A stretch of DNA of 59,706 nt, the filler included. It is 4 parts of 4 records of this genome, joined end to end, with 100 filler letters (N's around TTAATTAATTAA, not from the genome) between each part and the next. Parts side by side here need not be neighbours in the genome. Positions count along the whole stretch, not along the records: positions 26,259 to 52,095 come from DRR723986_8315; 3 more parts are not named here. One strand, 5' to 3'. This document shows positions 32,880-42,584 of this stretch, piece after piece; positions within the stretch are counted from its first letter, which is position 1, and the number at the start of each line of letters is the position of its first letter. The notes under the pieces were generated by a model. The model had not been told where the DNA came from. It did no database searches and worked only from the letters and a program-made list of their open reading frames with translations. Position numbers and translations under genes: made by a program.

Positions 32880-32901
32880 GGGAAAAGAACCACCTTTTCC
32901 C
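32880..32901 (+). terminator. Hairpin after the M56 gene (possible terminator)
   Basis: GGGAAAAG-N6-CTTTTCCC; weak T-tract. Confidence 0.4.
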
Positions 32902-32963
32902 GAGAACTATTTTCAATATTTACCTTACAACAACGAAACACCACTGTGCATGCGGGCAACATG

Positions 32964-32973
32964 TACATGTGTA
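32964..32973. promoter_or_regulatory. Second TACA-N2-TGTA (BlaI-type) box
   Basis: TACA-TG-TGTA, overlapping palindrome ACATGTACATGT, ending just before the structured RNA candidate. Confidence 0.5.
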
Positions 32974-32974
32974 T

Positions 32975-33175
32975 GGTGCAGGAAAGACAGCTAGTTTGGC
33001 TGAGTGCGTTTTGATTGGTGTTCCTTGCCCTTTTAGGAAACGCCAGTTGGACGCGAGAGAGACTTAGCCGGCGAAAAGCAGATGGTTGGTGACCCCAGCG
33101 GATCAGTCCTCGTGACCTCATGGACCGGTTCTCTGGATCAGTAAAAAGCATCTTCGAAGCTGTCGATCCTGCACC
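32975..33175 (+). ncRNA. Candidate ~200-nt structured ncRNA (three-way junction), family not recognised
   Basis: Ends pair 16/18 (GGTGCAGGAAAGACAGCT / AGCTGTCGATCCTGCACC); two long internal hairpins with many G-U pairs; followed by CTCTTTTTT. Confidence 0.65.
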
Positions 33176-33259
33176 CTCTTTTTTGCTTGCGGCGAACGCA
33201 GTGGGATGAATTACAGCCGCTGGTGGAATAACCTGCCTGCGTGCGGTTTCTATCTTGGC

Positions 33260-33688
33260 ATGAATATTTATGCCATTCTTGCAGACGTCGTCGTAGCGAT
33301 TCATCTCGCCTACGTAGGTTTTGTCGTTCTTGGATTGTTCGCGATCCTCATCGGTCGGCTGGCGGGCTGGCAATGGATTCGCAATCCCTGGTTTCGCTTT
33401 ATACACCTCGGCATGATAGGGATCGTGGTCGTGGAGGCGTTGTTGTCGATCACATGCCCATTGACGACACTTGAATTCTATCTCCGCAGTGAAGCTGGCC
33501 AAACGTTCAACGAAGGAAGCTTTGTAGGGCGACTGTCTCACAACATCCTGTTTTTCGATATTCCTCAGGAGCAATTTACGACTGCTTACTGTTTGTTTGG
33601 GGCCCTAGTTCTAGCAACTCTCCTGCTCGTCCCGCCGCGAATGCCAGCAATTCTTCGCCGACAATCTGCTGGCCACGACCCCGAATAG
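33260..33688 (+). CDS. DUF2784-like membrane protein
   Basis: LADVVVAIHLAYVGFVVLG, IHL, CPLTTLE..LR, GSFV. Confidence 0.8.
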   Translation: MNIYAILADVVVAIHLAYVGFVVLGLFAILIGRLAGWQWIRNPWFRFIHLGMIGIVVVEALLSITCPLTTLEFYLRSEAGQTFNEGSFVGRLSHNILFFDIPQEQFTTAYCLFGALVLATLLLVPPRMPAILRRQSAGHDPE

Positions 33689-33964
33689 CGAAGCAATTCG
33701 GCGAGCCGCCGCGCCCCTCCCCGACGCAAATTGCTTTCTGCGCGGCCTGCAGCGCAGCGTGATGAGGCAGCCGGTGAACCGCGGAACTCAGGCCAGAGCA
33801 GCAAAACTCAACCTCAATGCCGATGCTCCCGCGCGTCAGCCGCGTAGCCTTACCCGCGGCCAGCGGTGATCGGCTATCATTTCACGAAGATGATTTGATC
33901 GGCAGCAGGTCGGTCCTTTCGCATCTGGCTGACTTATCTGTGAGTTCTCTTTGGCAAACGAGCA

Positions 33965-36121
33965 ATGATTAAGCGAATAAACTTGTTCAGTGTCCTCGTC
34001 ACACTCGTGACCGGCCCGGTAGTGGTTCTTATCCCGACAATGAAAAACGTCAACGCGCAGGAGTCCAGTTTGACTGGCACATTGAGTTCAATCGACGCGG
34101 TAATTCAACCTTGGACAGGCCCATACGGAGGTGTCCCGCCTTGGAACAGAGTGAATGTCGCTGAATTCCCAGCAGCCTTTGAAGCGGCCATCAAGTTGTC
34201 TGAGGATGAGATTGCCGCAATCGCGCAGAGCGACGAAGCACCAACGTTTGAGAACACGATTGTAGCCTTAGAAGAAAGCGGGAAGGCCCTACGACGACTG
34301 GAAACGCTATTCGATGTTCACTCCTCGAACCTCAACGTCGGCCCGATGGCGGACATTGAGAAACAAGTTGTTCCCATGCTAACCGCCCACCAAGATGCGA
34401 TCATCCAAAATGCGGAACTGTTCGCTCGTATCGAGTCCGTGCACCAGGGTTCGCTCGACTCCCTCAGTAGTGCTGAGAAACGATTGGTTGATGACTATTA
34501 CAAGCGGTTTGTGCGTCAAGGTGCAAAACTGAGTGACGAGCAGAAGTCACGCCTTTCGAAAATCAACACACGCCTTGCAACCCTTTTCACCGAATTTAGC
34601 CAGAACGTTTTAGCCGACGAAGGTGGCTACGTAACTTGGATCGAGAACGAAAAGGAACTTGCCGGTCTGCCGCAAAGTATTGTTGCGGCCATGAAAGCGG
34701 CGGCAAAGTCGAAGGGGGAGCCTGACAAGTGGGCGATCACCAATACGCGTAGTTCAATGGATCCCTTTCTAACGTATTCAGAAAATCGGCCACTCCGCAA
34801 GCAAGTCTGGGACCGCTATTACAGTCGCGGTGACAATGGCGACGCGCGAGACAACAATACGATCATTGCCGAAATCCTCAGCCTGCGTGCCGCCCGAGCC
34901 GAATTGCTGGGCTACGAAACTCATGCTCACTGGCGTCTTGAACCTCAGATGGCCAAGACTCCTGATTCAGCCATGGATCTGATGATGAAGGTCTGGCCTA
35001 AAGCGGTTGCACGCGCCCAGGAAGAAGTTGCTGACATGCAGCGGATTGCGGACGCAGACAACATCACCATAGAACCTTGGGATTATCGGTTCTATGCCGA
35101 GAAGGTTCGAAAAGCGAAATATGACCTCGACTTTAACCTTGTCAAACCATACATGCAGATGGAAAAGCTGCGTGAGGGAATGATGTGGGCCGCCGGTCAA
35201 CTTTACGGGCTTCGATTCAAGCAAATCAACGACGTTCCCGTGTTCCACCCAGATGTTCGTGTGTGGCGGGTGGACGACGCAAGCGGGCAGCTTGTTGGCC
35301 TCTGGTATTTCGACCCCTACGCGCGTGAAGGCAAGCGTTCGGGGGCATGGATGACCGACTATCAAGCTCAGGAACGACTGGGCTCCCCTTCGATTGCGAT
35401 CGTTTCCAACAACTGCAATTTTGTCAAGGGCTCTGAAGGCAAGCCAACATTAATTTCCTGGGACGATGCAGACACACTGTTTCACGAGTTCGGCCACGCT
35501 CTCCACGGGTTGCTTTCGGATGTTAAGTATCCATCGCAGTCGGGGACGAACGTCGCGCGTGACTACGTAGAATTCCCGTCCCAGGTAAACGAACACTGGT
35601 TACCTACTCCGGAAGTCCTCAATCAGTTCGCGGTCCACTACCAGACCGGCGAACCATTGCCCGAGGAACTATTGGAGAAAATCAATCGAGCGGCCACATT
35701 CAACGAGGGCTTCGCAACGGTTGAGTACCTTGCCAGTGCGCTGGTCGACATGAAGCTCCACTTATCCAAACAGAAGACGATCGATCCTGACAAGTTCGAA
35801 CGCGAGACTCTGAAGGAACTTGGGATGCCGAAGGAAATTGTAATGCGGCACCGCACCCCACACTTTGCGCACATCTTCGCTGGTGATGGCTATTCGGCTG
35901 GCTACTACAGCTACCTTTGGTCGGACGCGTTGACCGCAGATGCCGCCGAAGCATTCGAAGAAGCTGGAAGCTTCTACGACAAAGGAGTTGCTGGCAAACT
36001 GTACAAAGAGATTATGTCGGTCGGCGACACAGTGGATCCCGCTGATGCATTTCGCGGGTTCCGCGGCCGAGATGTCGACACGAAAGCTCTCCTGCGAAAA
36101 CGAGGATTCCCAATCGAGTAA
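33965..36121 (+). CDS. dcp: M3 metallopeptidase (peptidyl-dipeptidase Dcp-like), exported
   Basis: PTFENT, KRSGAWM, FHEFGHALH, DYVEFPSQ, YSAGYYSYLW, FRGRD; signal-like N-terminus. Confidence 0.9.
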   Translation: MIKRINLFSVLVTLVTGPVVVLIPTMKNVNAQESSLTGTLSSIDAVIQPWTGPYGGVPPWNRVNVAEFPAAFEAAIKLSEDEIAAIAQSDEAPTFENTIVALEESGKALRRLETLFDVHSSNLNVGPMADIEKQVVPMLTAHQDAIIQNAELFARIESVHQGSLDSLSSAEKRLVDDYYKRFVRQGAKLSDEQKSRLSKINTRLATLFTEFSQNVLADEGGYVTWIENEKELAGLPQSIVAAMKAAAKSKGEPDKWAITNTRSSMDPFLTYSENRPLRKQVWDRYYSRGDNGDARDNNTIIAEILSLRAARAELLGYETHAHWRLEPQMAKTPDSAMDLMMKVWPKAVARAQEEVADMQRIADADNITIEPWDYRFYAEKVRKAKYDLDFNLVKPYMQMEKLREGMMWAAGQLYGLRFKQINDVPVFHPDVRVWRVDDASGQLVGLWYFDPYAREGKRSGAWMTDYQAQERLGSPSIAIVSNNCNFVKGSEGKPTLISWDDADTLFHEFGHALHGLLSDVKYPSQSGTNVARDYVEFPSQVNEHWLPTPEVLNQFAVHYQTGEPLPEELLEKINRAATFNEGFATVEYLASALVDMKLHLSKQKTIDPDKFERETLKELGMPKEIVMRHRTPHFAHIFAGDGYSAGYYSYLWSDALTADAAEAFEEAGSFYDKGVAGKLYKEIMSVGDTVDPADAFRGFRGRDVDTKALLRKRGFPIE

Positions 36122-36211
36122 TCTAGTTCTCTGCACCTGAACCAAGTTGCCCGATTTGGGCGGCTTGGCTCATGACTTTTTCTTTGACTCCTCAAACAAG
36201 AGCCCATCAAC

Positions 36212-37648
36212 GTGTTACGCTTCCTTGCCGCCTGCGTCGCTCTTTTACTGGCCACCACAGCGACCACCGAAGCTCGTGGCCAACAGTCCAGTGCCCCCAA
36301 TATCGTCATCATCAACGTTGATGATTTGGGTTACGGGGATATTGAACCTTACGGCAGTCAGACGAATAGTACGCCCAACTTGATCCAGATGGCAAGGGAA
36401 GGGCGATTGCTCGCGAGCCATTACGGTGCTCCAGTATGTTCTCCATCCAGAGCATCGTTGATGACTGGCTGTTATCCCAAACGAGCACTGCCCGTCAAGC
36501 ATGTCCTCTTCCCAAACTCTGAAGTAGGGCTGCACCCGGATGAAGTAACAATTGCAGAAGTGCTTCGCGACGCCGGCTATTCAACGGCTTGCGTCGGCAA
36601 GTGGCACCTCGGTGACCAGATGCCCTTCTTGCCATTGCAGCAAGGCTTTGATGAGTACTATGGAATTCCATACTCAAACGACATGGGCACGATTGCGGAC
36701 GGTTCTAAGAGCAATTTTGGTGCTCCGCTGAAGCACCTCCGTCCATCGCCCGTGCCCGCCGAAATCCCAGAAGAGGGTTTACGTGGATACACGCAACCAC
36801 CACTTCCGTTGCTCGACGGCAATCAAGTTGTCAAACGCGTGACCGCTTCGGTGCAGGAGTCGATCACGCAGCTCTACACCGAACGGGCCGTGCGATTTAT
36901 CAGCGAACCTAGGCAGTCGCCGTTCTTCTTGTATTTCGCTCACTCCGCCGTACACTTCCCGCTTTACCCGAGTGAAAAGTTCCGCGGCCGCAGCCAGAAC
37001 GGCCTCCTCGGTGACTGGGTTGAAGAAGTCGACTGGAGCGTTGGCGAGATCCTGAACGCTCTAAAAACAACTGGAGTCGACGACAACACACTCGTTATCT
37101 TCACTAGCGATAACGGCGGAGCGACGCGACACGGTGCAAACAACGCTCCGCTTCGGGGAGGCAAGAGCTCGACTTGGGAGGGCGGCATGCGAGTCCCAAC
37201 GATCGCCCGCTGGCCCGGCAAGATTCCTGCTGGGACGAAAACGATGGCAGTCACGAGCATGATGGACTTTCTGCCGACTGCCGCTCGCCTGGTAAATGCA
37301 GAACTTCCAAAGGTCAAGCTCGATGGTCGTGACCTTGCACCGGTGTTATTTAGCAGTGAAGCCGATGCGAACAAACTGGGCCACGACGTATTTCTATACT
37401 TTAAGGGATTTCAGCTTGAAGCCATTCGAAAGGGTCCCTGGAAATTGGTGCTCAAGTCCAACGAACTCTACAACTTGGCCACAGATATTCGAGAACTGAG
37501 AAACGTGGCTGCCAAAGAAGCTGAAACCGTTCGGCTAATCCGCAAGTTGCTGCCTGAAATTGAGGCGGACCTGGGTTTGGATGACGTTGGAAAAGGATGC
37601 CGAGCAATCGGACGCTTCGCCGACCGCAAACCGCTCATCGCCCCCTAG
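36212..37648 (+). CDS. Formylglycine-dependent sulfatase
   Basis: Signal peptide, PNIVII.VDDLGYGD, CSPSR, GKWHLG, SDNG. Confidence 0.93.
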   Translation: MLRFLAACVALLLATTATTEARGQQSSAPNIVIINVDDLGYGDIEPYGSQTNSTPNLIQMAREGRLLASHYGAPVCSPSRASLMTGCYPKRALPVKHVLFPNSEVGLHPDEVTIAEVLRDAGYSTACVGKWHLGDQMPFLPLQQGFDEYYGIPYSNDMGTIADGSKSNFGAPLKHLRPSPVPAEIPEEGLRGYTQPPLPLLDGNQVVKRVTASVQESITQLYTERAVRFISEPRQSPFFLYFAHSAVHFPLYPSEKFRGRSQNGLLGDWVEEVDWSVGEILNALKTTGVDDNTLVIFTSDNGGATRHGANNAPLRGGKSSTWEGGMRVPTIARWPGKIPAGTKTMAVTSMMDFLPTAARLVNAELPKVKLDGRDLAPVLFSSEADANKLGHDVFLYFKGFQLEAIRKGPWKLVLKSNELYNLATDIRELRNVAAKEAETVRLIRKLLPEIEADLGLDDVGKGCRAIGRFADRKPLIAP

Positions 37649-37792
37649 TTGGCGACCGTCCTGGTTCGTCCTAAACACTACACGAGCGGCTCGAATTCCG
37701 ATTGCTTAAAACCGCAGTGGTGCGGATTCGCAGACATGACTATAAAGAAGCTGTAGCCGGTTTCAGCTCCACCCCTTCACTCGAGCAACCTT

Positions 37793-38062
37793 ATGTCGAG
37801 CTTAATGCGGAATGCCCCTGAAGGTCAGATACGTCAGGATAAGAGAATTGTCGGAACAATTTGCCTGCCCGAGGAGGACGCTGAGGAGTTTATTGACCAA
37901 TTCAACAATTGCTACGGCCCCCTGCGAATGCACATTGCTCCGCCGCCGGTAAGAATTGCCCCGGGAAGAAAGCCGATCGCTCCCGTGGGCGCAGCACGTG
38001 CGATTGCCAGCAATCCGACCTTTGTTTTTGACGCTTCTTCCGCGAACAAAAACCGTCAGTAG
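37793..38062 (+). CDS. Hypothetical protein, 89 aa
   Basis: ATG-initiated ORF filling the gap between sulfatase and convergent parE. Confidence 0.55.
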   Translation: MSSLMRNAPEGQIRQDKRIVGTICLPEEDAEEFIDQFNNCYGPLRMHIAPPPVRIAPGRKPIAPVGAARAIASNPTFVFDASSANKNRQ

Positions 38063-38140
38063 CCATAAACTGCCAGGTCCGCACGATCACAGACTGGTGA
38101 TTTTCAGCATCCACTTGAGCCTACGCCAGCGCTCAAGTCG

Positions 38141-40057
38141 TTAGACATCCAACTCTTCTGCGTCCTCAGCACGATCCATGATGAATCGGAATCTGGCCGA
38201 AGCATCGCGTCCCATCAAGTCGGATACCACGCGATCGGTTTCCAGTTGATCATCAACTTCAACCCGAAGCAGCCGCCGCGTTGCCGGGTTTAGAGTTGTT
38301 TCCCAAAGCGTCTTGGGCATCATTTCTCCAAGACCTTTAAAGCGGGTAATCTCAGCTTTGGATCGTTTATCAGCGTCGGCCAAGATGCGTTCACGGTCAT
38401 TGTCATCTGCGGCCCAGAATGTCTCTTTTCCAACATCGATTCGATACAGTGGTGGGACCGCGATGAACAATCTTCCGTCAGCGATCAGTCCCGGCATATG
38501 GCGGTAAAAGAGCGTCAGAAGCAGGGTTGTGATATGGTGACCATCAGAATCGGCATCCGCGAGAAGAATGATTCTCTCATAACGAATCTTTGAACCGTCG
38601 TAGTTCTTTCCGATTCCGCAACCAATGGCCGTGACCATGTCCTGAATTTCTTTGTTCTCCATGATCTTCTTCAGGGTAGCGCTCTCGGTATTGAGCACCT
38701 TACCCTTCAGTGGCAATATCGCCTGATGATTGCGATCGCGTCCCTGTTTCGCGCTGCCACCAGCAGAGTCACCTTCGACGATGAACAGTTCCGAGTTGCC
38801 TCGTCCAGCAGCCAAGCAGTCACTGAGTTTACCGGGCAACATCGCACCGCGGCTGGTCAACGATTTCCGCGAAACCGATTCACTCGCAGCTCGACTGGCG
38901 GCTCGTGCCCGAGCGGCCGCGATGATCCTGGCAACAACACTCTCGGCAACAGAACGGTTGTTGTTCAGCCACTGCTCCAGAGCTGCCCGCACTGCAGAAT
39001 CGACAATGGGCTGCACCTCAGGATTATTGAGTTTGTCTTTCGTTTGCCCTTGAAACTGCGGATCGGGAATGAAGACGGATACAATCGCAACCGCGCCCTC
39101 GCGGATGTCTTCGTGCGTAATCTTGACGCCGCGCGGAACAAGCGAGTGAGTCTCAAAATAGTTGCGAACCGCTTTGCTCAATCCTGCGCGAAAACCATTT
39201 TCGTGGGAGCCACCAGAACCGGTTGGGATGCCATTGACGTACGACCGAACATGTTCATCGGTCGATTCGGTCCATTTCAGTGTTATTTCAACGCGTTCAT
39301 CACCATCCTTGGCGATCGTAAATGGTGCGTCATGAATGCTCTTGGCACTGCGGTCATCGATGACTTTCTGCAGATAGTCGACGATCCCGTTTTCGTGGAG
39401 GAACGTCTCCTTCTTCTTGTTGACTTCATCAACGAAGATCACTCGCACATTCTTGTGCAGAAAACTCGTAACTTCCAATCGTGTCCGAATCGTTTCGGGA
39501 TTGAACTCGGTCCGAGGGAAAATGGTTGGGTCTGGAGTGAAGGTAATTGTCGTTCCTGAACCGCGAAAAGTTCCTTTGGCCTTCTGCAGTTTCTGAGTCG
39601 CTTTGCCTTGCGCGAACTCCATTTTGTATTGCGCGCCATCACGGCGCACGACCGCCTGCAAGTGCTTTGAGAGTGCATTGACAACCGAAGCGCCAACGCC
39701 ATGCAATCCACCGGAGGTCTTGTAGTTCTTGCCTTCGAATTTACCACCGGCGTGCAGCATGGTGAGCACCATTTCCAAAGCGCTCTTCTTGGTCTTTGCA
39801 TTTTTGTCGACCGGGATACCGCGACCATTGTCAGCCACAGTGATGGTCCGCCCGTCCTTGTGCAGCGTCACGGTCACTTCGCTAGCGTGACCATTCATTG
39901 CCTCGTCGACTGAATTGTCCAGGATTTCCCAGATCAAGTGGTGCAGCCCCGTCGATCCGACACCACCGATATACATCCCTGGCCGCTTACGCACGGGCTC
40001 GAGTCCTTCGAGCGCGACGATATCATCAGCACTGTAGTTCTTTGTCGCTGTAGCCAT
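38141..40057 (-). CDS. parE: Type IIA topoisomerase subunit B (ParE-like)
   Basis: LEGLEPVRKRPGMYIG, EILDNSVDE, DNGRG, EGDSAGG, PLKGK, DADSDG, RFKGLGEM. Confidence 0.85.
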   Translation of the reverse strand: MATATKNYSADDIVALEGLEPVRKRPGMYIGGVGSTGLHHLIWEILDNSVDEAMNGHASEVTVTLHKDGRTITVADNGRGIPVDKNAKTKKSALEMVLTMLHAGGKFEGKNYKTSGGLHGVGASVVNALSKHLQAVVRRDGAQYKMEFAQGKATQKLQKAKGTFRGSGTTITFTPDPTIFPRTEFNPETIRTRLEVTSFLHKNVRVIFVDEVNKKKETFLHENGIVDYLQKVIDDRSAKSIHDAPFTIAKDGDERVEITLKWTESTDEHVRSYVNGIPTGSGGSHENGFRAGLSKAVRNYFETHSLVPRGVKITHEDIREGAVAIVSVFIPDPQFQGQTKDKLNNPEVQPIVDSAVRAALEQWLNNNRSVAESVVARIIAAARARAASRAASESVSRKSLTSRGAMLPGKLSDCLAAGRGNSELFIVEGDSAGGSAKQGRDRNHQAILPLKGKVLNTESATLKKIMENKEIQDMVTAIGCGIGKNYDGSKIRYERIILLADADSDGHHITTLLLTLFYRHMPGLIADGRLFIAVPPLYRIDVGKETFWAADDNDRERILADADKRSKAEITRFKGLGEMMPKTLWETTLNPATRRLLRVEVDDQLETDRVVSDLMGRDASARFRFIMDRAEDAEELDV

Positions 40058-40142
40058 TCGATTTCCTTAGCGATTCAGCTTCTTGTCATCCAGTTCTGAA
40101 ACTTTGTCGATTCCCCGCTGCAACAGGTAATCGGCAACGACT

Positions 40143-42584
40143 CTAGCCATCAAATGCTGGGGGTGCCCCAGGTGGATCGACGATAATCTTTGCGATTTTG
40201 CCGTTCTTCTGTATTTCCGTTCCGCGTCCGCCTCGGCCAGTAACGCGATACTTCACTGTTGAAATCGTCTTTTTAGCTCCGCGGTTGGTTTCAACGACCA
40301 ACAGATCGCGATCGCCTTCGGACGCTTTGAAACCGATCAATCGATCGGTCTTGGAAAGCTTGATCAACATTACACCTTTTCCTGCACCGGAAAGGTAGTT
40401 AACTTCGTCGATTGCACAGACCATGGCTCGACATTCTGCCGTGATGGCCAGCACCGTTTCGGCTCCCGAGATCGGATTGAATCCAATGATCTCTGAACCC
40501 GCGGCGACACGCGAGAATCGCCTTCCTGTACGAGTCGACGGTTCAGCAAAACCGGCCAATCCAAACCGCAATGCGAAACCATTGCTTGCCGCGGCAAACC
40601 CGTGAACCTCAGGACACAAGTCAGGATGCTTGGGATCTTCGTGGATGTTACCGATCACTCGGTCGTCGAATGAAACCGCAGCAACGATTCGTTCACCGTC
40701 CTTCATCTTGAAGAGCTTCTGGACTGGCTCGCCGTAACCCGTCGACGCCGGAATATCGATGAACCTAGCCGTGTAGCAGACTCCCTGCGACGAGAAGAAA
40801 CCGATCGTAGAACGCGTTGATCCTGCCACGCATGCCAAGACTGAATCGCCTTCGCGAAGCCGACTCTTACTTGGGTCAACGATTTGCTTTTGACGCTTCA
40901 CCCAACCATCGCTACTTAGCAGGACATGACAATTTTCAGCAACGATAAAGTCTTCCGCGGAGTACTCGACCTCCTCTCCAACGGTAACGATCTTGGATCG
41001 TCGAGCGTTTTCTTTCAGCTTTCCGTATCGGTCTATGATCTGATTGATTTCGTCGCGTACGATTCCCCATCGCCCAGATGTCGTTGTGTCCAACGTATCC
41101 TCAGCAAGCAACTTCTTGATCTGTCGAGCTCGTTTTTTCTTCTCGTTGAACTCGTCACGAATGAGGTTGATTTCGAGTCGAGCGAGCCGGTAGAGCTTCA
41201 GCTCTAGGATTGCATCGGTTTGTTCTTCGTCCAAGCCTCCATCGTCGGCTGGAAAACGCCGCATGATTTTCTTCGCTGCATCGGCCTTACCTTCACTCTT
41301 GCGAATGATCCGAATGATCTCATCCAGAGCGTCGAAGATCAGGATGAAACCTTCGAGGATGTGCATCCGCCGCAGTAGACCTTCGAGTTCGTTTTCAAGT
41401 CGCGCGGTGACCACTTCCAATCGAAAATGTAGGAAGTGCCAAAGGATCTCCTTCAGTCCTAGTCGTTCCGGACGCCCAACCTCTGGGTTCTCCGTCGGCA
41501 CCAGACAAGTCATGTTGACATTGAAATTCGTCTGGAGCGATGTGTGCTTATAGAGGTATGCCAACACCTTGGCTTCATCTGCGTCCTTGCGAAGAGTGAG
41601 ATCAATGCGAATGTCTTCGGTCGACAAATCGCGAACATCCTCAATGAGCGGCATCTTGCTACTCATCACGATTTCGGCAATGCGTTCGACCAAGTTGGCT
41701 TTGTTCACGCCGTAGGGAATCGACGTAATCTTCAACGTCTTGTTCTTGGCAGTCTCCTCACCGGTTTCGGTCGTACCGCGCATCTTGACGGTTCCTTGAC
41801 CAACACGGTAGATCTCACGCAGCTCTTCCTTGGTATTGATGATCTGGCCGCCGGTCGAAAAATCAGGCCCTTGCACGGCGTCGTTGGCAACCAACTGGTA
41901 ATCCTTAATCTCCGGATCAGCCAGTAGTTTTAGCAGTGCCTTACAGACTTCTCCCAGATTGTGCGGCGGCATGTTGGTCGCCATACCAACAGCAATCCCG
42001 GTCGCTCCATTGACCAAGAGGTTCGGTATCCGACTGGGAAGGACAACGGGTTCTACGCGAGTGCCGTCATAGTTTGGTCGATGCGCGACAATCTTCCGGC
42101 CGAGGTCACGCAGGATTTCGGCCGCCATTTGGGACATGCGACATTCGGTGTAACGCATCGCGGCTGCATTGTCACCGTCGATCGATCCGAAGTTCCCGAT
42201 CCCTTGGACGAGTGGCGATCGCATTTGCCAGGGCTGAGTTAGACGAACAAGCGCGTCATAAACAGACGACTCACCGTGCGGGTGGAAGTTACCGGTCACG
42301 TTACCGCAGACGAAAGCACACTTTCGAGGCTTCGCTTCGGCGCCGATGTTCAGTTGGTCCATCGCATACAGGATCCGTCGCTGCACGGGCTTCAGCCCGT
42401 CGCGGACGTCCGGTAGCGCTCGGCTGGTAATGACCGACAGCGAGTAGTTCAGATATCGTTCTTGCGCGGCACTGCGCAGCGGTACCGGCTCGACGCCCTG
42501 CTTATCCGCATCTGCGAATAGGTCCGATGAAGCTTTTCCACGCCCTTTGCCAGTCTTCTTGCCGCCGCTTCCGCGTTTCGCCAT
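40143..42584 (-). CDS. parC: Type IIA topoisomerase subunit A (ParC-like)
   Basis: RALPDVRDGLKPVQRR, HPHGES, AAMRYTE catalytic Tyr; no GyrA-box after GWVKR; SD AGGAGG before ATG 42584. Confidence 0.85.
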   Translation of the reverse strand: MAKRGSGGKKTGKGRGKASSDLFADADKQGVEPVPLRSAAQERYLNYSLSVITSRALPDVRDGLKPVQRRILYAMDQLNIGAEAKPRKCAFVCGNVTGNFHPHGESSVYDALVRLTQPWQMRSPLVQGIGNFGSIDGDNAAAMRYTECRMSQMAAEILRDLGRKIVAHRPNYDGTRVEPVVLPSRIPNLLVNGATGIAVGMATNMPPHNLGEVCKALLKLLADPEIKDYQLVANDAVQGPDFSTGGQIINTKEELREIYRVGQGTVKMRGTTETGEETAKNKTLKITSIPYGVNKANLVERIAEIVMSSKMPLIEDVRDLSTEDIRIDLTLRKDADEAKVLAYLYKHTSLQTNFNVNMTCLVPTENPEVGRPERLGLKEILWHFLHFRLEVVTARLENELEGLLRRMHILEGFILIFDALDEIIRIIRKSEGKADAAKKIMRRFPADDGGLDEEQTDAILELKLYRLARLEINLIRDEFNEKKKRARQIKKLLAEDTLDTTTSGRWGIVRDEINQIIDRYGKLKENARRSKIVTVGEEVEYSAEDFIVAENCHVLLSSDGWVKRQKQIVDPSKSRLREGDSVLACVAGSTRSTIGFFSSQGVCYTARFIDIPASTGYGEPVQKLFKMKDGERIVAAVSFDDRVIGNIHEDPKHPDLCPEVHGFAAASNGFALRFGLAGFAEPSTRTGRRFSRVAAGSEIIGFNPISGAETVLAITAECRAMVCAIDEVNYLSGAGKGVMLIKLSKTDRLIGFKASEGDRDLLVVETNRGAKKTISTVKYRVTGRGGRGTEIQKNGKIAKIIVDPPGAPPAFDG

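Noticed and set aside
32840-33574. 244-aa minus-strand ORF and 64-aa plus ORF (32873-33067) across the RNA candidate
   Set aside because: The long ORF overlaps the DUF2784 gene antisense, neither has motifs or an SD, and base-pairing explains the region better
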